Assembly (NCBI GenBank): GCA_964016885.1
Contig: OZ024740.1
Location: 238,452,001 to 238,516,000, forward strand
From: Eledone cirrhosa
Taxonomy: Eukaryota
Direction: 5' to 3'
Length of the DNA stretch: 64,000 bases
Below the pieces are notes generated by a model that worked only from the letters and a program-made list of their open reading frames with translations, ran no database searches and was not told the origin of the DNA. A program made the position numbers and the translations under genes. Below are positions 26,736-39,863 of the stretch, in pieces. How positions within the stretch are numbered: position 1 is the stretch's first letter; every line of letters starts with the position of its first letter.

Positions 26736-28094
26736 TATTGGATGAGATGCCTTGCTGTAGTTGTTCTGGCTCATGGCATTATTCAGAGTTCAAATCCTGG
26801 CCTACTTGACCATCCCCCACCTGGCCCTTGTTTGCCCTTAACAGAATCCCTCTCAAACTGTTCCTGGTGTAACAATAGAAAACTGTTTGTTTTAATGTAT
26901 TTATATTTATTTATAAACCTTCCATCATAATTTTATGAAAGGACCTTTGTTATGTTATGTTCCAAACACTAACTTAATAATGAGAAAGTTGCAGATAATA
27001 ATGGATATTGTTTATTGGCTATCCTTATACAGAAACTGCAAAATATGACAGCTGCAGCTTGAAAAAATCTCTTTCCCCCGTACTCATATTTAGAGCAGGT
27101 TCGTTTGTTGGGTTTACAGAGTTTGAGTCAGGAAATATGGATGATGTCTTAGATCTAGTATAGACATTTAGTTTGTAATTGGCTTTGTTTTAATAAGTGT
27201 ATTAATTACAAGTTTGGCATTTGATGGCCTTATCCACTGGGTGATTTGTTTATTGTTGGCTTCGTTTTCGGAGTGCATTAATTATGTGTGGGAGCATTCA
27301 GTGATTACTGCGCATTTGTTCTAGGTGTATCTATGTTCAGATTTATGTATTTGACAGTCCTATTTGCTTATTTACTTATATAACTAAATCCCTTTAAATT
27401 CTCGATTAATTCTAAAATCATAGGCAGTGTTTTTTGTTAGTAATGAAAGGGTTAAACAGAAAAAAAAATTCATGGAGGGGAGGGCAGCGCTCATAACTTT
27501 ATTTTTTCATTGCTTCCGAGACTGGTCAGAGGAAGGAAGAAAGCTATCCTCAAGCCAGAGCCCAAGCCTGAATTCTTGCAACAGAGTAAGCACCAATAAA
27601 GGCACTCAGGAGTCAAGTGGTGGTGTTAAACACAAAATCAGAATACAAAGCACCAGAACAAATATTACATAACATCTTATCCAACACTAACAATTCTGCA
27701 AAACCTCCATCTTTATTTTACTGACTCTGAAGGGATGAAACACACAGTTGGCCTCAGTGGGATTTGAACTCTAGAGTGTAGGAACAAATACCACAAGGCA
27801 TTTTGTCACACACTCAAATAACTGCCAATTTGCCACATTTAAAAGAAATTTGTGTGTGTGTATGCATGCGTGTGGTTTGTATGAGTCAATGTGTGTGATT
27901 GATATGAATATATGCATGTGTTTGTGGTATGTATTTGAATATATGGTATGTGTACATGATAATTGAGTGTGATATATATATGTGTGTGCACACATGCAAC
28001 ACATGCAACGGTAAACAGTAATACACAGACTATAAGCAGCAAAACAACATTAATAGTTTAAGTAAAATAACAAGGCATAATTAGTACACAGCAA

Positions 28095-28309
28095 GGGCGG
28101 TAGATTGGCAGTATCGGTAGGGGGTCGGACGCCATGCTTTGCAGCATAGAGTTACGGCTCTTTATGATCTGAGCTCAAATCCCGCCGAGGTTAACTTTGC
28201 CTTTCATCCTTACGGGGTCGATAAAATAAAGTACCAGTCATGCACTGGGGTCGATTTAATCGACTTTCCCCTCCCCCCAAGCCTTGTGCCTATATAAGAA
28301 ACCATTATT
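28095..28309 (+). mobile_element. SINE family B, with target-site duplication
   Basis: Full head and core; attagtacacagcaa on both sides. Confidence 0.88.
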
Positions 28310-28782
28310 AGTACACAGCAAAAAGCAAGAGTTATATTAGTGTGGGGATAGGAAAAAGAGAAAGTTATCAAAACATTTGACTATCAGATCAAGTTAGAAA
28401 AGATATGTTATTACTGTTAATGTCTGATGTTTTAAAATTCTGTCTTTTGTATGGTGCCATACAAGTCTCTTGTGAGACAACAGTCTTTAGATTTACTCTT
28501 TATGGTTATAAAAAGCTTAGAACCCCTATTTTACAGGGAGGACCTCTACACTTTAAAAACTATAGTGAAACAGTAAACGGAATGAAATTCAAATGTGAAA
28601 TGAAAGTGATAATGGTCAGTTGAAATAAAAATAGATTAGATATTAGTTATGTGAGTTGATGAAATGAAATTACCAAGGAGAGAGGATATGTATTTAGTTA
28701 ATATCATTTTAGTAAAACATTAATAAACAAACAAAGAATGTAGTTTATATTAGGTACACACACACACACAGGAAAGCATATA

Positions 28783-30089
28783 AAGGGTGTGGACGATATT
28801 TGTTCGCAATTTTCAACTGCTGATTTTATGCAAATTTTTTTTACTTCAGTTGTCACTCTTGTCTTCATAAAAACAGTGACTATATTTCCATTATTTATTT
28901 TCAGAATAATTGATTATGAATAATTTTGAACCTCTAAATTTGTGGAAGAGACACGGAGTTCTTCTTGGAATCCTCACCGGAGGGACAAATAAGGAAATTT
29001 CAGACTTTCTCAGCGTCAGCAGGAGAATGGTGGAAAAGGTCAGAAAGGAATTGGAAGATTCAGGATTCGACTACGAAGCAATATCAGAGAGGAAAACACA
29101 TGATCGACGATCTGACGCCTTCAGAACGCCCGAGTTCGTCGCTGAAGTTCAGGATATCATCAACAATGAACCTAGCAAGTCGATGCATGCCATTGCAAGG
29201 GAGAAAGGCGTGGATGAAAAGTTTATTAGGCTGGTGGTACATGAAGACATTCGCTACGTTTCATACAAGATGAGGAAAGGACGATTTCTGTCAAAGGCGA
29301 TGCAAGAAAAGCGACTGAAGCACGCAAAGAAGCTGATCAACAAGTTGAAACACCCATTGGAGCCAGACATGCTGTAGTTTTTCTCCGACAAGAAAAACTT
29401 ATGCCAAGACCAGGAGATCAACTCCCAGAACAATAGGTGGCTCGCTGTCTCATCCAAAGACGTGCCCAGAGTCATGCAGACAAAGTTTCCAGTGACAACA
29501 TTGGTCTTAGGTGTCGTCAGCAGTCAAGGTGATGTCATGCCACCTCACTTCTTCCCTGAGGGCCTCAAGCTGAACACCGATGGCTACATCCGCGTTCTGA
29601 GAAGGGTAGTAAAGCCCTGGATCGACCAGGTAGCTGCGGGTAGGCCGTACGTGTAGCAGCAAGACTCAGCGCCCTGCCATACCAGCCAAAAGACCCAAGC
29701 CTGGCTGTCAGAGAACTTCGTCGACCACACTTCACCTGACATCTGGCCTCCCAGCTCGCCTGACTGCAACCCCCTCAACTTCTTTGTGTGGGGCGCAGTG
29801 GAACGAGACACCAACAGATCTAGCTGCAATACGAAAGATGATCTGAAGGCCAGGATCACAAGTGCCTTTAGGGGCCTAAGTCGGAGGACAGTGACAAAGG
29901 CCTGTAGCCGGTTCCAAGGCCGCCTTGAGGCCGTCATCAAAGCCAATGGCGGGTTTATCGAGTGAGATCGAAAGAACAAATCATGAAGACAAACTGACCC
30001 AAGTTTGATAAATATATCTTAAAAAATAAAACTACTGTGTTATTTTTTCCTAGACAGTAATCTTGCGAACAAATATCGTCTGCACCCTG
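28783..30089 (+). mobile_element. Full-length Tc1/mariner-superfamily transposon, DD37D (maT) type
   Basis: 27-bp TIRs (aagggtgtggacgatatttgttcgcaa / ttgcgaacaaatatcgtctgcaccctg), TA on both sides, 1307 bp. Confidence 0.93.
28916..29965 (+). pseudogene. DD37D transposase, single frame with two premature TAG stops
   Basis: Motifs FSD, QQDSAPCH and WPPSSPDCNPL(N), with 37 residues between the second D and the third catalytic position (now N). Stops at 29375 and 29654 replace expected Trp codons. Confidence 0.9.
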
Positions 30090-30173
30090 TACTTTGTTAA
30101 AAAAAGAACAATAACCAAAAAAAACATGCCAATAAATTCTTCAAGTTGTAGTTCAACAACAAAATTCTATAGA

Positions 30174-31676
30174 TTAATTTTTCCCTTTCAATTTTCTCTC
30201 TAAAACATCCTTCTTCAGTCGCATGATATCCATTTTAAGCTGATGTCGTTCTTGTTCCATTGCCATTCTTTGTTCATGCTCTTGCCTGTGCAGTTCAAAT
30301 ATCTGCTTTTCAAATGGACTCAGTACAATGTTGAATTGCTCATAGGATTGACACACACTTCCTGATTGTTTTTCTAAAGCATGATTATAGATGCTGACCC
30401 CCTTGTCTGAAATACTTGATGATATCATAGAAGCAGCCACCTGAACAGCTGACCTGATGTTTGGCAGGCATTGTTGAGTGTTCATGTGCATGCTATGACA
30501 CTTCCCATGTAAGTGATTGGTTGTGTAACAGTGTCTCTGAACTGCATTGGTTGCTGGCCCATCCCTCAATGACGCTGCCAAGGGGTGTGCTTTTTGACAT
30601 TTTAACACTTTTAATGAACTGGTATTAGAAGGAAGCTGATTGCTAGGTCTCACTATATCCACATCTGTTACATCTTTAGACTGACTGGTTGATGTAAAAC
30701 TGTCAGTTTTGAATTCACAGGGAGAACAATTAAGTGTAGAATGTGATGATAAAGAAGGGGATTTATGTAAATTGTTAGTAGAAGCAGTAGATACAGGAGA
30801 TAGAGAGGAAGAAGAGACAGTAGAAGGATGAGTTGTAGCAATGGTGTGAGAGGAAAGAGCAGTAGTATTAACAGTAGCACGGGAATGGTGAAGTGAAGAA
30901 TGGGGTTCAGAAACATTTGGAAGCAACGAATGATGAGGACGAACATTTCTAGAATTCTGACTGTTTTGTAATGGCATAAAATATTTGGATGAAGAATTAT
31001 AAACTGAAGGGTTTTCAGCGCTGGTGGTTGAATTTGAGAATTTATCACAAATGTACTTTATCCGTAGAGATCTCCTCAGCCTTGATGAAGACTGGCTACA
31101 CTTAGTTGGTACTGGTTCATTGCAGAAGTGTTTGGATAAAATATTATATCTACGAACTGATGCTTGATCACATAATCCACAACTTTTCCTCCTATTCCTT
31201 CTATAATTAACAGGAGTTGGAAGCTGATTCAGAATAGCAGAGTTTTTCAAACCAGATTTAGTTCTCTGACATTTATTGTTTTTTGAAAGCTGTTTATGAG
31301 TCTTCTTTGTAGAGTTGTTGCACTCATTGTGAATCTGACATTTGTTATTCACTGATCTTTTAACATTTCTTGAGTCAGCAAAACACTCAGTTATTTTCTT
31401 ACTGTGACTTGAAATAACTGAACTCTGCTCCTTTTGGGATATAATTTGATGTGTTGGGGAATTTTCTATTGTTTTCTTCTTGGCAAATTTACCCTTAATT
31501 CTATAAGGAATATTTGAGGCCTTAGCTTCCACATTTTGGATGAGTTGAGGGAGACTGGCATGAAGATTTTGAGAATTTCTTTTTAATTGTTTATGTTGAG
31601 ACTTCTTACAATTGGCTGTGTTTTTCTTAACCCTAAGCAATGACTCATACTTTATAGGTCTCAAAATTTTCTTAAA
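30174..31676 (-). CDS. Large terminal coding exon (500 aa): basic N-terminal part, Ser/Thr-rich middle, C-terminal coiled coil; probable exon 3 of the AT-hook gene
   Basis: Stop-free 1.5-kb ORF in AT-rich DNA. Strong polypyrimidine tract plus ttcag acceptor immediately before 31676, in phase 0. Ends ELHRQEHEQRMAMEQERHQLKMDIMRLKK...KN*. Linkage to exons 1-2 is inferred. Confidence 0.75.
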   Translation of the reverse strand, partial: FKKILRPIKYESLLRVKKNTANCKKSQHKQLKRNSQNLHASLPQLIQNVEAKASNIPYRIKGKFAKKKTIENSPTHQIISQKEQSSVISSHSKKITECFADSRNVKRSVNNKCQIHNECNNSTKKTHKQLSKNNKCQRTKSGLKNSAILNQLPTPVNYRRNRRKSCGLCDQASVRRYNILSKHFCNEPVPTKCSQSSSRLRRSLRIKYICDKFSNSTTSAENPSVYNSSSKYFMPLQNSQNSRNVRPHHSLLPNVSEPHSSLHHSRATVNTTALSSHTIATTHPSTVSSSSLSPVSTASTNNLHKSPSLSSHSTLNCSPCEFKTDSFTSTSQSKDVTDVDIVRPSNQLPSNTSSLKVLKCQKAHPLAASLRDGPATNAVQRHCYTTNHLHGKCHSMHMNTQQCLPNIRSAVQVAASMISSSISDKGVSIYNHALEKQSGSVCQSYEQFNIVLSPFEKQIFELHRQEHEQRMAMEQERHQLKMDIMRLKKDVLERKLKGKN

Positions 31677-31805
31677 CTGAAATGAAGAAAGAAATGAAGA
31701 CAAAAAGGAAAGACATTTACCACAGATAGAAAAATAAATGTAGTTTTAAGAGAACAGATGTAAACAGAAGTTAATCAACTTAAATTAAGATCTATACACA
31801 CAAAC

Positions 31806-31836
<31 letters not shown>

Positions 31837-31887
31837 TAGATATATATACATATATATACACATATATAGATATATATACACACATAG

Positions 31888-33504
31888 CTTGTTCTGACCC
31901 TCAATGGGTTTTCCCAGTAGGGTTTTACCAGCAGGTCTCTGGGGGTAGCCATGGGAACCAGAATGGATCCAAACCATGCCAACATTTTTTGTTGGCTACA
32001 TTGAGGCCCAGATTTCCCAGTACACTGGACCTACCCCTGAGTTATACGGTTGTTATATTGATGACTGTATTGGCGCCACCTCTCTCTCTCGTGAACAGCT
32101 CGACTGCTTTCTCTCCTTCAACCAATCTTTTCATCCCGCTCTCACCTTCACCACCTCCATCTCTGATTCTTCTGTCCCCTTTCTTGTCAATCTCTCTCTC
32201 TTTCTCAATCACACTCACCATACCCTTTCTACTTCCATCTTCTACAAACCCACTGACTCCCACTCTTACCTCAACTTCACCTCCTCCCAATTCCTCCATC
32301 TTCTTTGGCTCTGTAGCCAGGACCATATTTCAAGACCCAGTCCCTTCAAAAGGCCTCCTGCTTCATCCAGGATGGATACCCCCCCCCCCATCTCCGGTGA
32401 CATATTCTCTATTCCTTCCACACACTCTCTTCTGACCCTGTCCGTCACTTTTCACTTTTTTCCTAACTCACCTATTACCGCATTTAAGTGCACCCATAAT
32501 CTCCGTGACCTCCTGGTACATAGTTCCTTCCCTTTCTCTCCTAGGACTCCACCAGGCTATCATCTTTGTTCTCGTCCCCGCTGTAACACCTGTCCTTTCA
32601 TTTCTAACCACACCACCCACAGGCACCAATGGTTCATTCCGTATCAGCCACTCCTTCACCTACACATCCACCCACATAGTCTATGCCATCCAGTGTTCAC
32701 TTTGCAGGTCCTTATACATCGGACAAACAGGATGCAGTTTGCTGAACATTTAAGAGACGTATGTCTCGGCATGGATACGCCCGTCGCTCATCATTTCCGT
32801 TCCACAGGCTACCCTTTACTACATGTCTCAGTCCTTGGTGTCTTTTTACATCATGGATCACATGCCTCATGCTCCAAGACAGAGAAGAGTCTGATTTTCT
32901 GCCTTGGGTCGTTTCCCCAATGGTCTCAACTCCTCTCTCCAATTTCTTTAATCTTACAAACATACGTTTGTGCTTACTTCTCTACCCCTTGCCACCGTCA
33001 CGTTTACCCCGTCTATTGTTACCCTTGTGTGCATACTTTCACCCCCTACATTGCTATGGCTCTGTTATGTTCAGTAATATATACTCTTACAGTTTATACA
33101 GACAAACAAAAAACACACACACCTCGACATTTACCTTCACAGCTCCGTACACATACACATACTCCATTACATAAACATACTTTTGCTCACAGCTTCGTCC
33201 TTACAAACACACACACGTATAGCTCTATATACATAACGTTTTTTTTTCCCTTTCAGATAAGACACGCTCCATCAACAGTTTTCCAAAAGATGGCAACATG
33301 AATGGACCTGTTATTTTTCTCTAAAAAATTTTTCCCAATTCCGCCCTCCCCGTCTCTTCAATTTTTCTATTTCTTCTTTAATATCTCATTCTTTCTTCTG
33401 ATGAAGGGCTAGCGTCTGAAACATTAAGACTCTCTTCTTGCTATTTTAAGCGTTAAACTAATATATTCCTTTCACATACTGTGCTGTTTGTTATTCCTGT
33501 TTAC

Positions 33505-33508
<4 letters not shown>
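31888..33508 (+). mobile_element. Penelope-like retroelement (RT plus GIY-YIG), 5'-truncated, flanked by TA-rich microsatellites
   Basis: GVAMGTRM, YIDDC, FYKPTDSHSYL, CSRPRCNTC and VYAIQCSLC..LYIGQTG, frameshifted. The 3' end carries a hammerhead motif. Confidence 0.9.
33392..33430 (+). ncRNA. Hammerhead ribozyme motif (type I, decayed) in the 3' repeat of the Penelope-like element
   Basis: CTGATGA-aGGGC-tagc-GTCT-GAAAC-ATTA. Penelope-like elements are known to carry minimal hammerheads. Confidence 0.7.
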
Positions 33509-33556
<48 letters not shown>

Positions 33557-34314
33557 GCTGTTACGGATCCACTGTTTTGCTATATTACAGAAACCCTTGG
33601 TTCATTTAGTCGTTTTTTTCAAATTCTACTATTATTATATATATATATATGAGTGGTACATTTATAGTTAACTTGGTGTTAACATATCTAATGTATCAAA
33701 ATATAACTTTAGGGAAAGATAACATTACCTCAATGATTAATAATATTTTAATCGTGGCAGTGAGTTTAAAGGGATATAACTGGATAATGTTTCAGTCTTA
33801 TTAGACCTTTTCATTGAAGCATAGACATAACCATACTTTTCCAAGCAGATATGAGAAAATCACTAAGTAGATGTACTATACTACGTAAACAGGCATAAAA
33901 AATTGGCATATTTAAAATAAAATAAATCACTGAGGGAATCTACACAGAGGCACCATTTGCGTAAAAGGCAATAGTTAAGTTAGTGCTAGTATATTTAATG
34001 AAGTGAACACAAAAAGGCTAATTAAAACAAATGTTATATTTATAGTTAGCGCAATATTAGTTAAATGCAATTAAGAAATTCCAGTATTAACAAATTTATC
34101 AATAACCACAACTGCACTAATATCTTACTAAATATATCAATCAGCTATTTAGTTATCATTTGAAACAAGAAACAGTTAATGCCTTTCAAAGTGGTCAAAT
34201 ATATTTGAATATAAAACCTGGGCCATAACAAAGTCTGTTTAGTGTTCAGTTAACAATAGCCATTACAAAGTCTGTATTGGTTGACTACAATTTATAAAAG
34301 AATTGCTAACTTAA

Positions 34315-34519
34315 CCCTTTAGCATTTAGACTGGCCTTATCCGGCCAGAATTCTCTCACCCTTTTCTGTTCAAACCAACCTTAATCGGGTGCTCAATGTT
34401 AAGTATTGTCCTGAAAATAAATAACATCAAAATCTCATAGCTTCGATATTATGTGAGATAAAAAAAAGCCTTTACTGTGAAAATAATAGTAAATATAGAG
34501 TAATGTAAATTCTAAAGGG
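34315..34519. mobile_element. piggyBac-type MITE
   Basis: Same family. Confidence 0.82.
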
Positions 34520-34649
34520 TTAGTTTGCTGCTTTCATTTAAAGTTTCTAGATTCTGATGAGAAAAGTTTTTTTTTTATATTAGGAATTCTAAAATATATG
34601 TCAGTAATTCTGAGTAATTAGTGATTTAATTATTTAAATATGCTTTAAT

Positions 34650-34992
34650 GGAGGCACATGGCTTAGTGGTTAGAGCATTGGCCTTGCAATCGAAAGGTTG
34701 TGAGTTCAATTCTCAGACCGGGTGATGTGTTGTTTCCTTGAGCAAGACACTTTATTTCACATTGCTCCAGTTTACTCAGCTGTAGAAATGAGATGATAGG
34801 GACTGGGGTCCATATCATTCCACTGCAAAATGGTCGTGGAGGTGCCACGGCAAAAAAGCACCCAGCACTCACTGTAAATGAGGTTGGTGTTAGGAAGGGC
34901 ATCCAGCTGTAGAAATCAAGCCAGAATCAGTTCCCGTCCCACCCCTGCAAGCAGGGAAAAAGCGGACGTAAAATGAAATGATGATGATGATG
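34650..34992 (+). mobile_element. tRNA-derived SINE family A (RTE-type tail)
   Basis: A-box TGGCTTAGTGG, B-box GTTCAATTC, ccttgagcaagacact core, (GAT)n tail. Five near-identical copies in the window. Confidence 0.92.
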
Positions 34993-35167
34993 CTTGCTAA
35001 CACATCTATTAGTGATTCAATTATTTTAATATGCCTGCTAACTGATTTTGCTTGTCAATAACTGCCATGATGTGTACATAAATTGTGTCTCTACGTCATT
35101 TTTGTGTGTGTATGTTGGAAATATGAAGTGACTATCTGTTGAAACACAACAGACTCACACCTAACTT

Positions 35168-35487
35168 CATCATCATCAACGTTTAACGTCCGTGTTCCAC
35201 GCTTGCATGGGTTTGGATGGGGGTAGTCCCACTTGAGGCAAGAGTGATTGTCTTGCTCGCATAGGACTGTCTGGCAGGTTTTCTACAGTTGGATGCCCTT
35301 CCTAACACCAACCACATTTACAGTGTGGACTGGGAGGTTTTTACCGTGTTGCCTACACGGCCACATTACAGCGTGGACTGTGTGTTTTTTTGTCGTGACA
35401 CCTACACGATCTCATTTGTTTCGGCCTGGATGGCGCGGCACCAACATAACTTTACATAGAACGGGGTGGTGTGGATGGGGTGGGGGT
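35168..35487 (-). mobile_element. RTE 3' end, tail type B (truncated)
   Basis: Aligns with 25790-26105. Confidence 0.78.
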
Positions 35488-36552
35488 ACTTTTGCTTATT
35501 CTTTTACTGGTTTCAGTCAATGAACTGTAGTCATCTTAGGACATCACTATCAAGAGTTATTTTTTATTTGTTTATATCAACCCTAATACTTTGTCAGGTA
35601 CATATTTTACTGAAATCATGAGAAGCAAAAGGTGAACCATCCTTTTAATTTGCTGTAAAATTTCACTCACAAGATATCACTTAAGCCAATTCTATGATAG
35701 AATACACTTGCCTAAGGGACTATGCACAGAAATTGAACCCAGAACCACATGGTTGTAGATTGTGAAGCAATCTTCTTAATTACATATCCCTGTTTGCACC
35801 TAACTGTATAAAATATGTATAGAAACTTAAGAGAACAATATTTCCTAAGTATCAACCATATTAAACTTGTTTATACCTGACAAATGCTCCCAGTTTTAAC
35901 ACAATCAATAGAACTACATCTACCATTATCACCAGCACCAGCAGTAACAGGTCTACATAGACCAAGTACTGAAGCAGGGCTACTGACACCCCAGACAAGC
36001 CAAGGGGTCTGTATCCTGCTTATGTATGGTTATTATTGAATGCAGAGAAGTTGTCATGTCTTTTGACACAAACTAAAGAGTCTTCCTAACCCCTTGTTGT
36101 CCATGCTGGTGTGTTGAATGAGTCTCCAATATATTTTTCAACTGTGAAGCCCTATCTTCCTAGATCTACTCAAGTCATCATTGATGTACTGTTACCATTT
36201 GTACCAGATAACAAAAACTTACAGTAACTACACATCATTCATTAGCAATATAATACATACAATAAAGTTGATGTAAATAAGGGGCATCCAGTTACAAAAC
36301 TTTCACTCTAGTTATCACACCTTTATACAGGTGCCACAATGAAAGATGCAGTTGTGTAGATGTCTAATTAGAAGTAGCCAAATGTAGAATGTAGAATGAT
36401 ATTGTCAACGATGACAACGCCGATGATGAGGAGGAAGAAAAGGAAGAGGGTATGAGCAGAAAAGGATTATGATGGTGATGATGATTGCAGGAATCATAAC
36501 ATACATCATTAAACACTCACACTGCTTCTGTTTAATATTTGTCCCTAGACTA

Positions 36553-36748
36553 CAAGGGTTGGCTGAAAAGATAAAAGGCTGACAATGAAGTAGTGATGCT
36601 AGAGCTGTGAAATCTTGTAAGCATTAATTTTAACTTTTCTTATTAATAACTGCGTTGTTTCTTTCCAGAGACTAATTTGAAAAATAAACCTCATTTGGTC
36701 ATTCCATGAGTATCTTGGTCAGCCTATGGATTTTTCAGCTGACCCTCG
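36553..36748. mobile_element. Mariner-type MITE
   Basis: TA-caagggttggctgaaaa ... ttttcagctgaccctcg-TA. Confidence 0.78.
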
Positions 36749-37664
36749 TATTTTAAGTAGTGCCAAACATCTAAAATGCTTCTGGTAACACTACCATAGC
36801 CCAAGACATCTTTCAACACAGCTTCAATCAAGCATTTCATCAGATGCAACTTTAGTTCATCAATGTATCAAATACCAACCATAAAAAGATTGTAAAACAC
36901 AAATGTTGATCAAACCTTTATTTAAATAGACATTAAATTAATCAATTTTAGATATATTTCTACCAAGACAAAGTATTCATACTTTTATGAAAGCTTATTA
37001 AAAAAAAAGCAGCATCCATATTAGGATCGCCTTCATCTCTACATAACACTTCCCTGAATTAAGTCAACAAAGGAAAATCTAGTCAATCAATCTACTATAA
37101 ATAATAGCCAAATCTCCCTCAAATCACACCCTACTGTCTTACGGAAGGAAGAATTCATTGGTTATAATTGTTTCTACTTTTGGCACAAGGCCAGCAATTA
37201 CCCAGTGCATTACTGGTACTTTATTCTATCGACCCCGGAAGGATGAAAGGCAAAGTTAACCTCATTATAACCTCATTGGTTATAATGTAGTTTTAGATCT
37301 GCTTTTCCATTCTTGCATATGTCTGATAAAAGATAAGGGTTTCATGGTAGAAATATCTTCAACCTAGGCCTAAACAACTACTAAACAACTACTTCTCTCA
37401 AAATTATAGCAATTTTACAATTATCATTATCTTCTTCAATAATATTATAAGACACAAGTCAAACATTGTGACATGATACAGTGAAATATAAACAAAATGG
37501 AACCCAAAATAGGTCACAACAATGTCAGTGTGATATTGATATAATCATTTCATATTAATCTGGTTCCATTAAGTGTAAAATATGCACACAAAAAAAACAA
37601 TAATCTAATCTGTTTCTCAAAGAAATCACATCAAATTCAAGCAAGGGCCAATTAAACATGCAGA

Positions 37665-37998
37665 TATGTCACACAATAGTTCATAAATAGCACACAACAG
37701 TTCATAAATAGCACACAACAGTTCATAAATAGCACACAACAGGTCATATATGACACACAACAGTTCATAAATAGCACACAACAGGTTGTATATGACACAC
37801 AGCAGTTCATAAATGGCGTACAACAGTTCATAAATGGCACAATATTTCATATATGGCACACATTTCATAAATGGTACAATATTTCATAGACAACACACAG
37901 ATATGACACACAACAGTTCACAAATGGCACAATATTTTAAATATGGCACAATATTTTAAATATGGCACACAACATTTTAGATATGTCATGCAACATTT
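37665..37998. repeat. Approximately 21-bp minisatellite (cacaacagttcataaatagca)
   Basis: About 15 diverging tandem units. Confidence 0.88.
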
Positions 37999-38016
37999 TT
38001 AAAGAATTACACTAAC

Positions 38017-38085
38017 CTTAGAGGGTCTCTTGTTTTTACTCCCTTTTGGTCGACCCCGTGGTCTCTTCGGTTTGGGGTCTTCAGA
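38017..38085 (-). CDS. HMGA-like: Exon 2 of an HMGA-like AT-hook gene (SEDPKPKRPRGRPKGSKNKRPSK)
   Basis: atttccag acceptor and AAG|GTTAGT donor, 69 nt, phase 0/0. Contains PKRPRGRPKGSKNK, the hallmark second AT-hook of HMGA1/HMGA2. Confidence 0.92.
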
Positions 38086-38959
38086 CTGGAAATATTAGAA
38101 AGAACGAATATTAAAGAATAGACTTTGTATGTGGGAGATGCACAGAGATAATTAGTAGTACAAGTACCAATGAAATAACCTTTTTCTAATCCTGAGAAGG
38201 TACTATAGAAGTAGTTGATAGCTTCTGTTATCTAGGTAATTTCATTAGCAGTGGAGAGGGTTACTCTGAAAGCAAAATAGCTAGAATAAGAACAGGATGG
38301 ATAAAATTCAAGGAGCTATTATTACCTCTGTTGACAACAAATGAACTTTCTACAAACAAAAGGTAGGCTGTATTATGACTATGTGAACAGTATGATGTTG
38401 AGACATAGACAGTGAAGGCAGAAGATATGCAAAGGCTGGACTTGCAAGTCAAGCATGCCTCAATAGATGTGTAATGTTAGTGTGCATGAACAGCGAAGCA
38501 TGGATGAGCTGAGATAAAAACTGGGCTTAAGAGCAGATGTAATAGTGCAAGAGAGACGATTGCACTGGTATGGACATGTGATGCATATGAATGATGATCA
38601 CTGGGTGAAGAAGTGCCAAGTGAGATGAAGCCCTGGGCTGAAGCAATGAGAGCTGATTTCAAGAGGAATAAGACTGTGCTGAAAAAAACCCATCCAACCC
38701 ATGAAACCATGAAAAAACAAATGTAATACTGATGATGACAAAGATAACAATAAGAACTTAATCTCAAACTTCCCATGAGAGCTGAAATGATGAAGGTCAA
38801 AATAAGAATGAACCTCCACCAAGTGATCCAGTTGTTCAATCAATGTGTTCCATTGACTACCTGGTTATGAAATTAACACATAAGTAGTTGAACATGTTTG
38901 TTCAATAAAATTAACACATAAGTGGTTTGGAACTGTTTGTTTTAAAGTGTTTATCTTAA

Positions 38960-39156
38960 CCCTTTAGCATTTACATATTTCTATATTTACTATTGTATTT
39001 TCATGATAAAGGCTTTACCTCACATAATTATCTCTTTTTGATATTATTTATTTTGAGAATACCTTAGCATCAGTATGAGCAGCCAGTTACAGCCAGTTTG
39101 AACAGTAAGAGGTGAGAGAATTCTGGCCAGATATGGCCAGTTTAAATACTAAAGGG
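38960..39156. mobile_element. piggyBac-type MITE (opposite orientation)
   Basis: Same family, TTAA on both sides. Confidence 0.85.
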
Positions 39157-39863
39157 TTAAGTTACACTCCAAACACCAGCTTCCAAATCCAGGATCTTCT
39201 CACTCCTGCTGGAAGTACCCCTCTCTGGTTGACCTCCACTGCTTCTTATTTCTGGCTATATTGGGTCATATTGTACCGAATTTCAGGTCAGATCATATGG
39301 CCATCTTCACTGGTGGTGTTGAGTGCCCATGTCTTACTTCCATAATGATAAATTTAGTTATGTGACTAAATATTATCCAAATGTTTGATTATTTTAAAAT
39401 TTATTTGAAGTTCATAGATATTAGAAATATGGTAATGAGAAGGTTAAAATATAGTAACAAAAAGGGTTAATTATGGGTCAGAGTATCAATGAACTTATGG
39501 TCTCTGTTGTTGTATAGTTGGTGAGACCTCTTTATAACAATATGTTGGGAACATTGGAGTTATGACAAGGAGTTCTTTAAAATTCACTACTGATTTCTGA
39601 GTTTTTTTAAGCAGATAGTTAAACAATTACTATACAGGCTTGGCTATATGATTAAGGAGTTCACTTTAAACCATACCCGTCAGGGTGTCTTCTACTAATA
39701 GGTTCAGGTTTACAATGAAATTTGACAAACAGAAACTGTGCAGATATCTGGATAGGTTATGTGTCAATAGGCTATGTATCATACCCCTTTGAAAGAATTT
39801 TTCAAAAAGACATGTATACAAAATCCTATTGTGCTAAAAATAACAATTACACTAGAAGCAAAT

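Noticed and set aside
36408-36452. Acidic DDNADDEEEEKEEG stretch as the HMGA acidic tail
   Set aside because: It is on the plus strand, opposite the gene, and is low-complexity GAT/GAG sequence.
36521-36544. 24-nt candidate micro-exon (GQILNRSS) with a GTGAGT donor
   Set aside because: No polypyrimidine tract (a MITE lies directly upstream). It cannot be supported without RNA data.
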